Under the pieces are notes generated by a model. That model searched no databases, was not told the DNA's origin, and saw only the letters and a list, made by a program, of their open reading frames with translations. Below, one piece after another: positions 12,751-25,400 of a stretch of 64,000 nucleotides of DNA. The position numbers and the translations under genes are program-made. Position 1 is the stretch's first letter. Each line of letters starts with the position of its first letter. This DNA comes from Takakia lepidozioides (taxonomy: Eukaryota; Plantae; Bryophyta): NCBI GenBank assembly GCA_030704615.1, contig CM060731.1:2480001-2544000 (forward strand), read 5' to 3'.

Positions 12751-13493
12751 CTGCAGAATATTGGTGCTCCACCCTGATTTCCTCCATTCCTCTCACTCTC
12801 TTCATTTTAGACTCACAGAACTGCTTTGGCTGTAACAACTACAGGAAGGCAGGTAGGCACAAAGCATAACGTATGGTTGCCGCAGAAAGCTATGGGTAAT
12901 TTCTTGTAAGCCTGCGGGGCTTGCAGCATTGCTCAAGAGAAAAGCTGGCTCTGTCCTTTCGTGTCTATGCCAATGCGTAAGTAATATTGCGAGCGTATAG
13001 TCTGTTACGTTCCTCCATAGTTTCCAAGTTATAGCATTTCGGCCTGTCCTGTCGAGACGCCCGTTACTCAGAACGACGCCGCTTTTGCGCTCAATTTCCC
13101 TCCATTTTCTTGATCCTTTCTCTGGTTTTCTATTGGCGTATCCGCGTGTGACTGGATTTTTGTTTTGTTTTCTTCTATCCTCTTAGTGGACTTTCCCTCT
13201 TGGATAGTCCACTAGGATCACACATGTGACAGAATTCGGCTTTTCTGTACTTGCCGTTCGTTCCGTTTCCCTTTTTCCGTACTCATTAATGGGCCTGGCT
13301 TTTATCCCTTTTGACGGCCGTTCTTGTCTTTTTTTTTTTTTGACACCTGTCTTTGCACTTCATTGTCGCTGGTGTGTGGTGCCCCTGACCTCCACGTGTC
13401 TATTTTTAAAGTAATTTCCGTTTCCTCTTCCGTCATCCATTTTCCTGAAGTTATTATGTGTCCACTTGTCACTGATTCTATGGATGGGTAACT

Positions 13494-13770
13494 TTAGTAG
13501 GCTGTGTTGAGACTGTGAGAGGCTGTGTCATACTGTGTTACGCTGTGATAGGCTGTGATGCACTGTGGTAAGCTGTGATAGGCTGTGACACGCTGTGGTA
13601 GGTTGTGATAGGCTGTGTTGCGCCTTGCTGGGCTGTGATAGGTTGTGTCACGTCGTGATAGGCTGTGATAGGCTGTGTCACGTCGTGATGGGCTGTGATA
13701 GGCTGTGTTGCGCCTTGATGGGCTGTGATAGGTTGTGCTTTGCCTTGATGGGCTGTGATAGGCTGTGTCA
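13494..13770. repeat. 30-bp tandem repeat built of 10-bp GGCTGTGATA-like subunits
   Basis: Period 30 visible directly; translates as 10-aa repeats (QPITAHQGAT). Confidence 0.9.
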
Positions 13771-13859
13771 CGTTTGTTTTGCCCACCCTGGTCATATATG
13801 CTGGGCCTAGCGACAAGTGTTCCATACTCCGTTCGTAACACTGGTGCAAGCCCGTGACT

Positions 13860-15554
13860 GCTCTGCGTTCTATATGCAAATCATGCTGCAGGGGTTTGTC
13901 ATGGATACCACTATACCCCTTCAACTTATTTGCATGACTCTCCCAACATTTCTTTGTTAATGGTTTGTAACATGGCGGTGTTGTTATCATACATCTTTTG
14001 TATGACATAAGGTCCTTTCCATGGTGATTTAAGCTTAGAAGCTTGAATCTTTCATTTCTTTTGTAACCATAGAACCAAATCCCCCGTCTTAAAGTCTTTA
14101 ACTTGCCTTCATCAAACTGTTCCTTTCTCTTCATCTGAATTCTGGTCATATTATCAGCTGCATCAGCACGTACTTCTTCCACATGGTATAATTCATGTTT
14201 CCTGGAGTCTTGCAATTCCATTCTTTTTCCCCACTCCGTTCTCATGGTAGGTAACAGGAATTCCACTGGAAGTAAGGCTTCCATACCATAAACTAATTGG
14301 AATGGGTATACTTAGTGGTGACTTTATATGAAGTCATGTATGACCACAAAGCTGTCAGCAGCTTCGTATCCCAATCCGTTCTGTTTGCATTGACTATCTT
14401 AGTCAAGATAGTACATAGTATTTTGTTGGTAGCCTCTGCCTGCCCATTACCCTGTGGGTAATATGTTGTACTCTTTCTATGCACAATCATAAACTCTTTA
14501 GTCAACAACTCAATGGTCTCATTCATGAAGTGACTTCCTTGATCACTGATAAATTCTAAGGGACAGCCAAATCGTGTAAGTATGTTCTCGTACAGGAACC
14601 TTGCTGTGGACTTGGCTGTGTTGTCCCTCAAGCTTTAGCTTCCACCCACTTTGTAGTATAATCAGTGGCTGTAATTATGTACCTGTTTCGTGTATTCTTG
14701 GATGATGGGTTAATTGGTCCAACAAAGTCTAGTCCCCATTTCTGAAATGGTTCCGTAGGCATTGTAGGATGCAAGGCCATCCTTCCAGATCTCTGCAAAG
14801 GTCCTAGCCTCTTACATTCATCACACTTCTGACAATACTCGTGTACATCTTTGAACAAAGTAGGCCACCAGTATCCTGCGAGTAGTATCTTTCTACTGGT
14901 AGTCTCTTCTCCAAAATGACCTCCAGCCACTCCTTTATGAACTTCCGCCAAAACTTTATTTACTTCATGGTGGTACAAGCATCGTTTTAGTACTCCATCA
15001 GGTCCTAACTTATACATTCTGCTTCCTACCATAGTATAAGGTAAAGCTTTGATAGCAATTCTCTTCCTCTGCTCCTTACCATAACTAGGTGGGCACTGAC
15101 CATGAGCAAGGTAGTATCTGATTGGCCACTGCCAATCTAACCATTCATCTGCACTTCCTTGCACCTCCATTACAAATAAACTCGCATCAGGTAACTGATC
15201 GTCCACTCCTGTGGCGGCCTCTCCTGTTGTTAGTCGTGACAAATGATCTGCCACAAGATGCAAACGGCCAGGCTTGTAAATAACCTCGAACTCAAACTCA
15301 TGCAAGATTATTAACCACCTCGCTATCCTTCCACTTATCAAAGGTTTGTTCACCAGATATATCAGAGTCTGGTGATCCACATAAAACATAAACTTTCTTC
15401 CCAATAGGTAATGCCTGAATTTCTTGACTGCATAAATCATTGCCAATGCTTCTCTTTCCGTTGTGCTATAGTTCCTCTCAGCACTGTTCATCAACCGGCT
15501 AGCATAGTACACAGGTGAATCTATATTCCTTGTAACATTCTGGGCTAACACCGC
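13860..15554 (-). pseudogene. pol RNase H and integrase of element C (frameshifted)
   Basis: [20 protein letters not shown]; HHCC zinc finger (H..GGH..CQKCDEC); [17 protein letters not shown] and PQGNGQAE (DDE core). Confidence 0.95.
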
Positions 15555-18500
15555 TCTAGGTGGATGGGCAACTCAGATCTGCCATGGACTGCAGGCCCAC
15601 TAGTTTGACCATTCAGGGTTCATGTCTTCTTGACCTTACCTCTCCTTTTTATCCATCTCTCATCACCCTTTCTCCCTCTTTCACTTTTTCTTTCTCTCAC
15701 TCTCTTTTTCTCCTTTGTGTGTGATTCCCTCACTTTTCCACAACAACACGTCTACGATGCAATGCAATGCACATCCAGCCAGGCATCCAGTGCATCCATC
15801 ATTGAAGTCAACTTTGGTCACACAAGAGATAATCTGCCCCTCTGTCAGTCTTTTTCTCTCTCTCTTTCCAGTGACTGGTCCTTGCACTACCTTTCCCCAA
15901 GTGTATCCTGTTTGGTCAAGGTGCTTCACTACCCTTCTACAGATCTCAAATCACACCCCCTGTCAGCTCTCTTTTTCTCCTCAACTGCGAACTTCAGTCA
16001 TTCATATGTTTGGAACACCTCTACAAATCAGATCCACACCCCAAAACCGTATTGACCTTCCTTCCCATCCACATCATCCCTTCTCAAGGATCTAGCATCC
16101 AGGGCCGCCTTGTTTTGCTGGCTGAAGACACAAAAATAAGGAAAAGGAACACAACAACAACAACCATCCTAACCCTGAGATGAGATATCCCTGTCCCCTC
16201 TCATTTTCCTAATGACAGTGAAACAATAGGTGCATCCATCTCCACATCATCCTGGTTTGAATTCCAGTGCCTTCATTCCATTCTCCAAAAGCTCTCCACT
16301 CCTCACATTTATGTCCCTTTCTATAGAAACAAGAGACAGTTCCAAAAACTTCACACAGTCATTCCTAAGTGCCCAAAAAAGGAAGCCAACACTCTTCGAA
16401 CTTATCTATCTTATACTCATTGAAGCGGTGGGTCTGCCTGTCAAGAAGGCACCTTGTCATCTCCCTCGTCAGCCATTTCCGACGTTTCTTCTTATCGTGA
16501 TTCCAGTCCTTATTAAGGCATGATGGCTCTGCTTCAACTGCTGGCACATCCTTGTGCCTGCCAACCTCTACCCTATCCTTCGACATGTGCATTTCTTCCC
16601 TATGAAGTGATTTGGTCCTACAGCCCTTAAGACAGAGAGCAGATACAAAACTTAATTATAGATAGCTTAAGCGCCATACACACCAGAAGGCGGCACCGCT
16701 TCCTCTTGCACAGAAAGCCAAGCATGAGCTCTTAACGTTTCTCTTTAAAGCAAGCTGATACCCTTTGCGCAGGTGGAACTTTCTCAGATATCTTGTGCTG
16801 CCAACACCACTGCAGCAGCTGCGAAAAGATGCTTACTCTCTTCCCTTACAAAGTGATCTGGTCCTAAAGCTCTCAAACAGACAGCAGCTACAAGATTTGA
16901 TCACAGACAACCTGAGGCGCTATACACACCAGCCTGCACTTCTCATCCCCCAACACCTGCTGAGCCGCTCCATCTCCTCATTAATGTGCTCATCAAGACA
17001 ATGGCGACAGCAGTGGTGCACCGCCCTTATCACAAACCTGATCCCTCAGGTTTGATAATTGCTTACGAAGAAGGCGGCACCGCTTCTTCTTGCACAGAAA
17101 GCCAAGCAGGAGCTCTTAACGTTTCTCTTTAAAGCAAGCTGATACCCTTTGCGTAGGTGGAACTTTCTCAGATATCCTGTGCTGCCAACACCACTGCAGC
17201 AGCTGCGAAAAGATGCACGCACTCTTCCCCTTCGAATTTCACATCCTGCTTCTAGGGTTCAACATCATAGATGAAAATCATTCATCCTAGGGATGAAAAA
17301 GGTGCATGTCATAACTTAGCCATATTTTGTTCTTGGCAGATCAATAGCATAGTTTTTCCATGGAATTACCTCAAGTTATGGACAATTCCTCCCCTTCATT
17401 AGCACGAAGGGCACTCCCTTTGTAGTAGTGCCGAAACCTGATGCCAAACAAAAACTTGAATTTTTACCCCCTGCATTCACACTACACCATATTAGACCAG
17501 ACAACCCCTCTTCATGCAATGCAAATATACCAAGGCACACATCCAGTGGAGACCTTTCGCAAAAATCCTCATTGGAATCATAAGTACACACCACCTTATC
17601 TCTTAACTTTTCTCTCCTCCCAAACAGAATCTCTCCTCATTCTCATACCCTTATGCTGACAGTTACAGACCCTGTCCCTCATGTCTACCCTGTAGCAAGT
17701 GCACAAATTCCCTTGGTGAATCTCCCTATACTGTTCATTTTGCAGACTTGTTTAACTCTAAGCACTGATGCACAGTTTGCTCCAGATTCAGTGTGCTGAA
17801 TCATAAAATCAAAGCAGGACAAACACTATATATGCATTGATTGTAGATGGCTGCATCTGCCTTCTATCACCATTCCCCAAAGACATGCATCATCTCTCAT
17901 CCTCTCTACACCATTCTGGTTTGAAGCCCAAGCCACCACTCCATTCCATTTTTCAAAACGTTCTCATACTCTCTCTACTAACTCCAGAGCCTTCAATCAT
18001 TTCAGCGACATCTATCTAAGTAAAAAAAAAACCCCCCGTCTCTATTAACTTAGCTGTCTTATACTCCAGCTGAAGCGGTGGGATTGCCTGCCCGAAATGG
18101 CACCTCACCATCTCTGTCAGCAGCTCCCTAACTCCTCTTGTCGTCTCTGGCAGATGCTCGTCGTGATGGAGCTGCACCATCACTTTAACTAGCCTTTGAT
18201 TGTGCCAGCAACCCCACCTTTCTATTCCCTGTCAGCAGGCCGTTTCCCTTGCAAGTTCATCCTCCCTGTCATCGTGGTCATGAGAGTAACGACGGCACTG
18301 CCGCCCCTCCACCGAGCTGCTTTCCCCGCAACTCCTACATCTTCAGAGGTCAAATCACAGGCAGCACCGCCTCAATGCCTTCATTACTTCTGTCAATAGC
18401 ACATGATATTACTTGCCCTTCATGAATCGTCCTGCAACACTCCCTCTCTTCAAAACTATGAAACGATTACTGCACCGCCTCCCTTCACCTGGCTTGAGCA

Positions 18501-18799
18501 AAATTACCTAGTTGTTCCCTGCACGATTATCCTCCAGCAAGCCCTAAGCTTCCTCGACCCGTGTTTCTATGGTAATCACAGCGATGAAAGCCATTCATCC
18601 TATGGATGAAAAAGGCGCATTTCATGACTTAGCCACATTTTGTCCTGGCAGCGCAATAGCATATTGTGCCCATGGATTTAACTGTAGGCATGGATACTTC
18701 CCTCCTTGTTATTAGCACCAGGGCTCTCCCTTTGTAGTAATGCCGAATCCTGATGCCAAACAAAAAATTTCACTGTTACTCCCCTGCATTCACACTACA
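15555..18799. repeat. Direct repeat U1 (~3.25 kb), near-identical to 22441-25669
   Basis: Both begin TCTAGGTGGATGGGC and end ...CACTACA; the same ORF set appears at an offset of ~6885. Confidence 0.97.
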
Positions 18800-18819
18800 T
18801 ATGTAGTGTGTCTCCCTTT

Positions 18820-21450
18820 TTAAGTGTCAGGGTCCTCACTGACCACCTTCACCAGCTGAACACCTACTGGTGATATGAAAGGTTTCAAGTCGTGCCTACT
18901 TCTTACCCATTCCCTGCCTGCTTTATCTTTCAGCCTGCACCATCGGCCAGCTTCCCTTCCAGGATCATAAGGTACTCCCAACAGGTACATTGTGTTGATT
19001 CCCTTTCTGTTTCTGCTCCAACTATCTTGGAGAGGTCCGTCTGTGATATTGTTTCTGATTGTCTTGCCTTGGCCTTCAGCAAAAGAAAGCCCCTCTTTGC
19101 TCATAATCTTCAAGGCCACTTCTGTCTGGCTGGTGCAAGCAGTGTTGTCCCCAAACTGACACCACCACCTGGTTTCCATGTAGCTTATCATGCCAATTTC
19201 ATGGCCTTCATCCTTGGCCATAATTTTCGTGCTCCATCCCTGAGCTTGCATAGTCGTCCAGCCTCTCCTGTTTAAGTGACCGCGTCCCGGCTGTCCATCT
19301 TTTCCGCCGGCCAGAGCAAATCCAATTTGTGCCAATGCCTTCTTCCTCTTCTTGTAGTTCATACCAGGCAGGTCCTGATCTCCTCCACTCTTCATGTTAT
19401 CATGTGCAAGCTTAGGTGTTGTCAGGTCTCGATCTTCCAGGCTAGACTCTCTCCTCTTCACCACTTCTTCCATCACTGGAGTTAGCTGTAAGCTCCTTCC
19501 TCTTAGACCGATTTCTTCTCCAATCTGCAGGGTCTCTCCCTTGCATGAATCCTCCAACACTTGATACTTCATGTTCCCTTCATCTCTCCCAACATTTGTC
19601 AATGGTCCATCATCCAAAGAAGCTTCAATTTCCTTTTCTTTGTCCTGAACTAGGGTACCTGGTGTCCCTATGAACACGTCATTGATTGATGACGTACTTA
19701 ACTCCAAAAGTAGTTGGAGCCATTGCAGCTCTGCCTGAAGATGCTTGTTATCACCACGGAGCTCATCCATGCACTCTTCTTTGGCCCCACTCAGTTTTTG
19801 GTCAGCTTTCTCGAGGGCAGACCGTAACTGTTGATTTTCCATGACCAGGTTCTCCATCTGGACTTCAGTTTCTCTCTGTAGGGCTAGGGCAGCTACAACG
19901 TCATCTCGTGCATCTTTCACCTTTAATTCCTCCTTTACCAAGTCTGTTCTTAATGGAGATGCAACTTCTCTTAGCTCCCCAAGTATGTCTTGATCTAGGT
20001 GTGCATCTTGATCCATACCCTTTCTCGTTTGAGCAAGCAATGTACACTCTTCCTCTACCCATCCCATCAGATCTGCCCAAGACTCCTTGTCATCTTCGTC
20101 TCTCAAGACACTCACTTCACAGGTTGTACCACCAATCCTTGGCGAGTTGGTGACGCTCTGCCCATACTCTTCCTCCACCCATTCCATCAGATCTGCCCAA
20201 GACTCCTTGTCATCTTCGTCTCTCAAGACACTCACTTCATAGGTTGTACCACCAATCCTTGGCGAGTTGGTGACGCTCTGCCCATACTCTTCCTCCACCC
20301 ATTCCATCAGATCTGCCCAAGACTCCTTGTCATCTTCGTTTCTCAAGACACTCACTTCACTGGTTGTACCACTATTGCTTGGGGAGTTGGTGGTGCTATA
20401 CCCAGACTCCTCAAGTATGTCTTGATCCAGGTGTGCATCTTGATCCAGACCTTTGCTCGTTTGAGCAAGCAATGTACACTCTTCCCATCCCATCAGATCT
20501 TTCCAAGACTCCTTGACATCTTCCTTTCTCATGACACTCACTCCACAGGTTGTACCACTAATCCTTGGTGAGTTGGCAACACTATGCCCACACTCCCCAA
20601 GCATGTCTTGATCTACATGTGCCCTTGTAGAAGACCTTAGGATCTGCACAGGAACTTGCAATCTAGGTGCACACTCTTCATTGACACCTGATTGACTCTC
20701 TATTGAACAAAAGATATCTTCCAAGATCTCTTCTTCCACATCACAAAACACATTCACAACGTTTGTGCCAAGAGAGCTTACACATTCGAACTCCATCCTT
20801 CTGTTGCTCCTCGACTCCCATTGTTCCAACATTTCACAGCCTGAATCTTGCATTCCACATGTTCCCCTTTGCAGCTCCAGCCGGTGATTCTTTTCACTTC
20901 GGATCTGATTCTGTCTTGATGGACATGCAGTGCAACACTCTACTTGCTGCCTTGTGTTGTTCAAGTTGAGAACTCGAGGAAGCATTGCAGGGACTTCGCT
21001 GGTGTGGTTCTTCTTCCTAAAGCACCTCCGTGACATGGTTTTGTGATCTGGTATAGGTTTATGATCAATAGAACTCACAGGTGTGAACCTGTTGTGCTTA
21101 TCCTTCTCAATCAGAGACAATTTCTCTTCCATCCCTGTAACAGACTCTTCCACATTGGTATCTATCTCATCAAACTTGCTTGCTAACATCACTTCATTCT
21201 TACTTGATTGATCTTCTCCTCCAAATTTCAAGGTTATGGCTACTTGAAAATCATGCCAGTTCATGGGCCTTGGTTTTTGCATTCGATGCCAAGTGTCAGC
21301 CCGTGCTTTGAGATTCAGCTTTGCCGATATAAATAACTTGTGCTCATCAAAGCTCCTTCTCTCACCATCCCCTTTCAGATTCTGGATCCAGCTGTAAACA
21401 TCCTCATCCTCCTTCCCGTAAAATGGAATGTTAGTCACCATTGCTCGCAA
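18820..21450 (-). CDS. 876-aa Gag-like protein with 40-aa tandem repeats and coiled coil (TR-GAG-like, no pol)
   Basis: Uninterrupted ORF; N-terminal capsid-like FYGKEDEDVYSWI...LKARADTWH...NWHDFQVAITLKFG; C-terminal VPYDPG; tRNA-iMet PBS ~60 bp upstream. Confidence 0.75.
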   Translation of the reverse strand: MRAMVTNIPFYGKEDEDVYSWIQNLKGDGERRSFDEHKLFISAKLNLKARADTWHRMQKPRPMNWHDFQVAITLKFGGEDQSSKNEVMLASKFDEIDTNVEESVTGMEEKLSLIEKDKHNRFTPVSSIDHKPIPDHKTMSRRCFRKKNHTSEVPAMLPRVLNLNNTRQQVECCTACPSRQNQIRSEKNHRLELQRGTCGMQDSGCEMLEQWESRSNRRMEFECVSSLGTNVVNVFCDVEEEILEDIFCSIESQSGVNEECAPRLQVPVQILRSSTRAHVDQDMLGECGHSVANSPRISGTTCGVSVMRKEDVKESWKDLMGWEECTLLAQTSKGLDQDAHLDQDILEESGYSTTNSPSNSGTTSEVSVLRNEDDKESWADLMEWVEEEYGQSVTNSPRIGGTTYEVSVLRDEDDKESWADLMEWVEEEYGQSVTNSPRIGGTTCEVSVLRDEDDKESWADLMGWVEEECTLLAQTRKGMDQDAHLDQDILGELREVASPLRTDLVKEELKVKDARDDVVAALALQRETEVQMENLVMENQQLRSALEKADQKLSGAKEECMDELRGDNKHLQAELQWLQLLLELSTSSINDVFIGTPGTLVQDKEKEIEASLDDGPLTNVGRDEGNMKYQVLEDSCKGETLQIGEEIGLRGRSLQLTPVMEEVVKRRESSLEDRDLTTPKLAHDNMKSGGDQDLPGMNYKKRKKALAQIGFALAGGKDGQPGRGHLNRRGWTTMQAQGWSTKIMAKDEGHEIGMISYMETRWWCQFGDNTACTSQTEVALKIMSKEGLSFAEGQGKTIRNNITDGPLQDSWSRNRKGINTMYLLGVPYDPGREAGRWCRLKDKAGREWVRSRHDLKPFISPVGVQLVKVVSEDPDT
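20060..20400. repeat. 120-bp tandem repeat (about 3 copies plus diverged flanking copies) inside the Gag-like ORF
   Basis: CCATCAGATCTGCCCAAGACTCC at 20064, 20184 and 20304; encodes ESWADLMEWVEEEYGQSVTNSPRIGGTT..EVSVLRDEDDK. Confidence 0.95.
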
Positions 21451-21506
21451 TCACTCCCCTATCTTGCTACACTAAATCCTACATTTCCCGGATCAAAGAC
21501 CGGCCT

Positions 21507-21518
21507 GCTCTGATACCA
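21507..21518 (-). promoter_or_regulatory. Primer-binding site, tRNA-iMet
   Basis: Minus strand reads TGGTATCAGAGC. Confidence 0.9.
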
Positions 21519-22440
21519 AAAGAAGGGGGCATATATCCCCTTCTGTCTAATCCTAATCTAGTTCTTAGTGCAAGGTCTTGTTGGTATTCTGGTTCTCCCT
21601 CTCTCATGGTTGGCTACATCCATGCTGTTTATGATCAGAGTTCATAAAGCCCTCATCCACGCCGCAGCGGAAGAGAAGACATGGATGGGACAAGTGAAGG
21701 TGTTCCTTGCATAGTGCAACAGGCCTGACTAGGGTTCTGTCTTGCACCATGCTTAGTTTTCATGCTGATACAGTCACTCAAAACAGCTTACCAGAGGGTT
21801 AATGACAGCCTATGAGTTCACCATTTGCATGTAGCATCTACTAGAACCCCCTTTGTTCTCATGCAATCACCGAAAATGCAAGGTAACATGGATCTACCAT
21901 ACAGTGCAGGTCTGCTATTTCTATGCAACTCATGGTCTTTCCTTTATCTCTCAACTGGCCCTCCCTTCATCATTTTTTTGCTGAACAGATCTCTCTTCTT
22001 CCCAATGTTTTCTCCCTTTTTGATGCAAGTGCCCATTGTAGTGTGAAAAAGAAGGGGCGTGAATCCCCTTCTGTATAATTCCAATTGTGCTTCCCTCCAT
22101 TCTAAGCGGAGCAAAAGAAAGAAACGTTGTTCTAGTCTGTCCACTTGTCGTCACTTGGCTGTGGGTTTCCCTCAGCTCCTTCATGATCAGAGTTCAAGCA
22201 ATCCTCATCCACGCCGCAGCGGAAGAGAAGACATGGATGGGGAGCCAATGTTGTACGTTCACTCTTGGTTTCACCTTTTACTCAACATCCTCTACCTGCA
22301 GATACAGCACCAGCCCTGCTGCCATGATGTCTTCAGCGATGCAATCAGCCCTATGTCAGTGATGAAACACTGCCCTTGTGGGCAGTTCCCTCAGTCAGCA
22401 ACACGTCGGAAGCCCCTTTCAATTTGTAATGAGAGCTCGG

Positions 22441-25400
22441 TCTAGGTGGATGGGCAACTCAGATCTGCCATGGACTGCAGGCCCACTAGTTTGACCATTC
22501 AGGGTTCATGTCTTCTTGACCTTACCTCTCCTTTTTATCCATCTCTCATCACCCTTTCTCCCTCTTTCACTTTTCTTTCTCTCACTCTCTTTTTCTCCTT
22601 TGTGTGTGATTCCCTCACTTTTCCACAACAACACGTCTACGATGCAATGCAATGCACATCCAGCCAGGCATCCAGTGCATCCATCATTGAAGTCAACTTT
22701 GGTCACACAAGAGATAATCTGCCCCTCTGTCAGTCTTTTTCTCTCTCTCTTTCCAGTGACTGGTCCTTGCACTACCTTTCCCCAAGTGTATCCTGTTTGG
22801 TCAAGGTGCTTCACTACCCTTCTACAGATCTCAAATCACACCCCCTGTCAGCTCTCTTTTTCTCCTCAACTGCGAACTTCAGTCATTCATATGTTTGGAA
22901 CACCTCTACAAATCAGATCCACACCCCAAAACCGTATTGACCTTCCTTCCCATCCACATCATCCCTTCTCAAGGATCTAGCATCCAGGGCCGCCTTGTTT
23001 TGCTGGCTGAAGACACAAAAATAAGGAAAAGGAACACAACAACAGCAACCATCCTAACCCTGAGATGAGATATCCCTGTCCCTCTCATTTTCCTAATGAC
23101 AGTGAAACAATAGGTGCATCCATCTCCACATCATCCTGGTTTGAATTCCAGTGCCTTCATTCCATTCTCCAAAAGCTCTCCACTCCTCACATTTATGTCC
23201 CTTTCTATAGAAACAAGAGACAGTTCCAAAAACTTCACACAGTCATTCCTAAGTGCCCAAAAAAGGAAGCCAACACTCTTCGAACTTATCTATCTTATAC
23301 TCATTGAAGCGGTGGGTCTGCCTGTCAAGAAGGCACCTTGTCATCTCCCTCGTCAGCCATTTCCGACGTTTCTTCTTATCGTGATTCCAGTCCTTATTAA
23401 GGCATGATGGCTCTGCTTCAACTGCTGGCACATCCTTGTGCCTGCCAACCTCTACCCTATCCTTCGACATGTGCATTTCTTCCCTATGAAGTGATTTGGT
23501 CCTACAGCCCTTAAGACAGAGAGCAGATACAAAACTTAATTATAGATAGCTTAAGCGCCATACACACCAGAAGGCGGCACCGCTTCCTCTTGCACAGAAA
23601 GCCAAGCATGAGCTCTTAACGTTTCTCTTTAAAGCAAGCTGATACCCTTTGCGCAGGTGGAACTTTCTCAGATATCTTGTGCTGCCAACACCACTGCAGC
23701 AGCTGCGAAAAGATGCTTACTCTCTTCCCTTACAAAGTGATCTGGTCCTAAAGCTCTCAAACAGACAGCAGCTACAAGATTTGATCACAGACAACCTGAG
23801 GCGCTATACACACCAGCCTGCACTTCTCATCCCCCAACACCTACTGAGCCGCTCCATCTCCTCATTAATGTGCTCATCAAGACAATGGCGACAGCAGTGG
23901 TGCACCGCCCTTATCACAAACCTGATCCCTCAGGTTTGATAATTGCTTACGAAGAAGGCGGCACCGCTTCTTCTTGCACAGAAAGCCAAGCAGGAGCTCT
24001 TAACGTTTCTCTTTAAAGCAAGCTGATACCCTTTGCGTAGGTGGAACTTTCTCAGATATCCTGTGCTGCCAACACCACTGCAGCAGCTGCGAAAAGATGC
24101 ACGCACTCTTCCCCTTCGAATTTCACATCCTGCTTCTAGGGTTCAACATCATAGATGAAAATCATTCATCCTAGGGATGAAAAAGGTGCATGTCATAACT
24201 TAGCCATATTTTGTTCTTGGCAGATCAATAGCATAGTTTTTCCATGGAATTACCTCAAGTTATGGACAATTCCTCCCCTTCATTAGCACGAAGGGCACTC
24301 CCTTTGTAGTAGTGCCGAAACCTGATGCCAAACAAAAACTTGAATTTTTACCCCCTGCATTCACACTACACCATATTAGACCAGACAACCCCTCTTCATG
24401 CAATGCAAATATACCAAGGCACACATCCAGTGGAGACCTTTCGCAAAAATCCTCCTTGGAATCATAAGTACACACCACCTTATCTCTTAACTTTTCTCTC
24501 CTCCCAAACAGAATCTCTCCTCATTCTCATACCCTTATGCTGACAGTTACAGACCCTGTCCCTCATGTCTACCCTGTAGCAAGTGCACAAATTCCCTTGG
24601 TGAATCTCCCTATACTGTTCATTTTGCAGACTTGTTTAACTCTAAGCACTGATGCACAGTTTGCTCCAGATTCAGTGTGCTGAATCATAAAATCAAAGCA
24701 GGACAAACACTATATATGCATTGATTGTAGATGGCTGCATCTGCCTTCTATCACCATTCCCCAAAGACATGCATCATCTCTCATCCTCTCTACACCATTC
24801 TGGTTTGAAGCCCAAGCCACCACTCCATTCCATTTTTCAAAACGTTCTCATACTCTCTCTACTAACTCCAGAGCCTTCAATCATTTCAGCGACATCTATC
24901 TAAGTAAAAAAAAACCCCCCGTCTCTATTAACTTAGCTGTCTTATACTCCAGCTGAAGCGGTGGGATTGCCTGCCCGAAATGGCACTCACCATCTCTGTC
25001 AGCAGCTCCCTAACTCCTCTTGTCGTCTCTGGCAGATGCTCGTCGTGATGGAGCTGCACCATCACTTTAACTAGCCTTTGATTGTGCCAGCAACCCCACC
25101 TTTCTATTCCCTGTCAGCAGGCCGTTTCCCTTGCAAGTTCATCCTCCCTGTCATCGTGGTCATGAGAGTAACGACGGGCACTGCCGCCCCTCCACCGAGC
25201 TGCTTTCCCGCAACTCCTACATCTTCAGAGGTCAAATCACAGGCAGCACCGCCTCATGCCTTCATTACTTCTGTCAATAGCACATGATATTACTTGCCCT
25301 TCATGAATCGTCCTGCAACACTCCTCTCTTCAAACTATGAACGTTTACTGCCCGCCTCCCTTCACCTGGCTTGAGCAAAATTACCTAGCGGTCCCTGCAC

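Noticed and set aside
13494-13841. Repeat proteins (TAYHSPSRR, MGCDRLC) and the similar ORFs at 49483-49811
   Set aside because: By-products of translating tandem DNA repeats.
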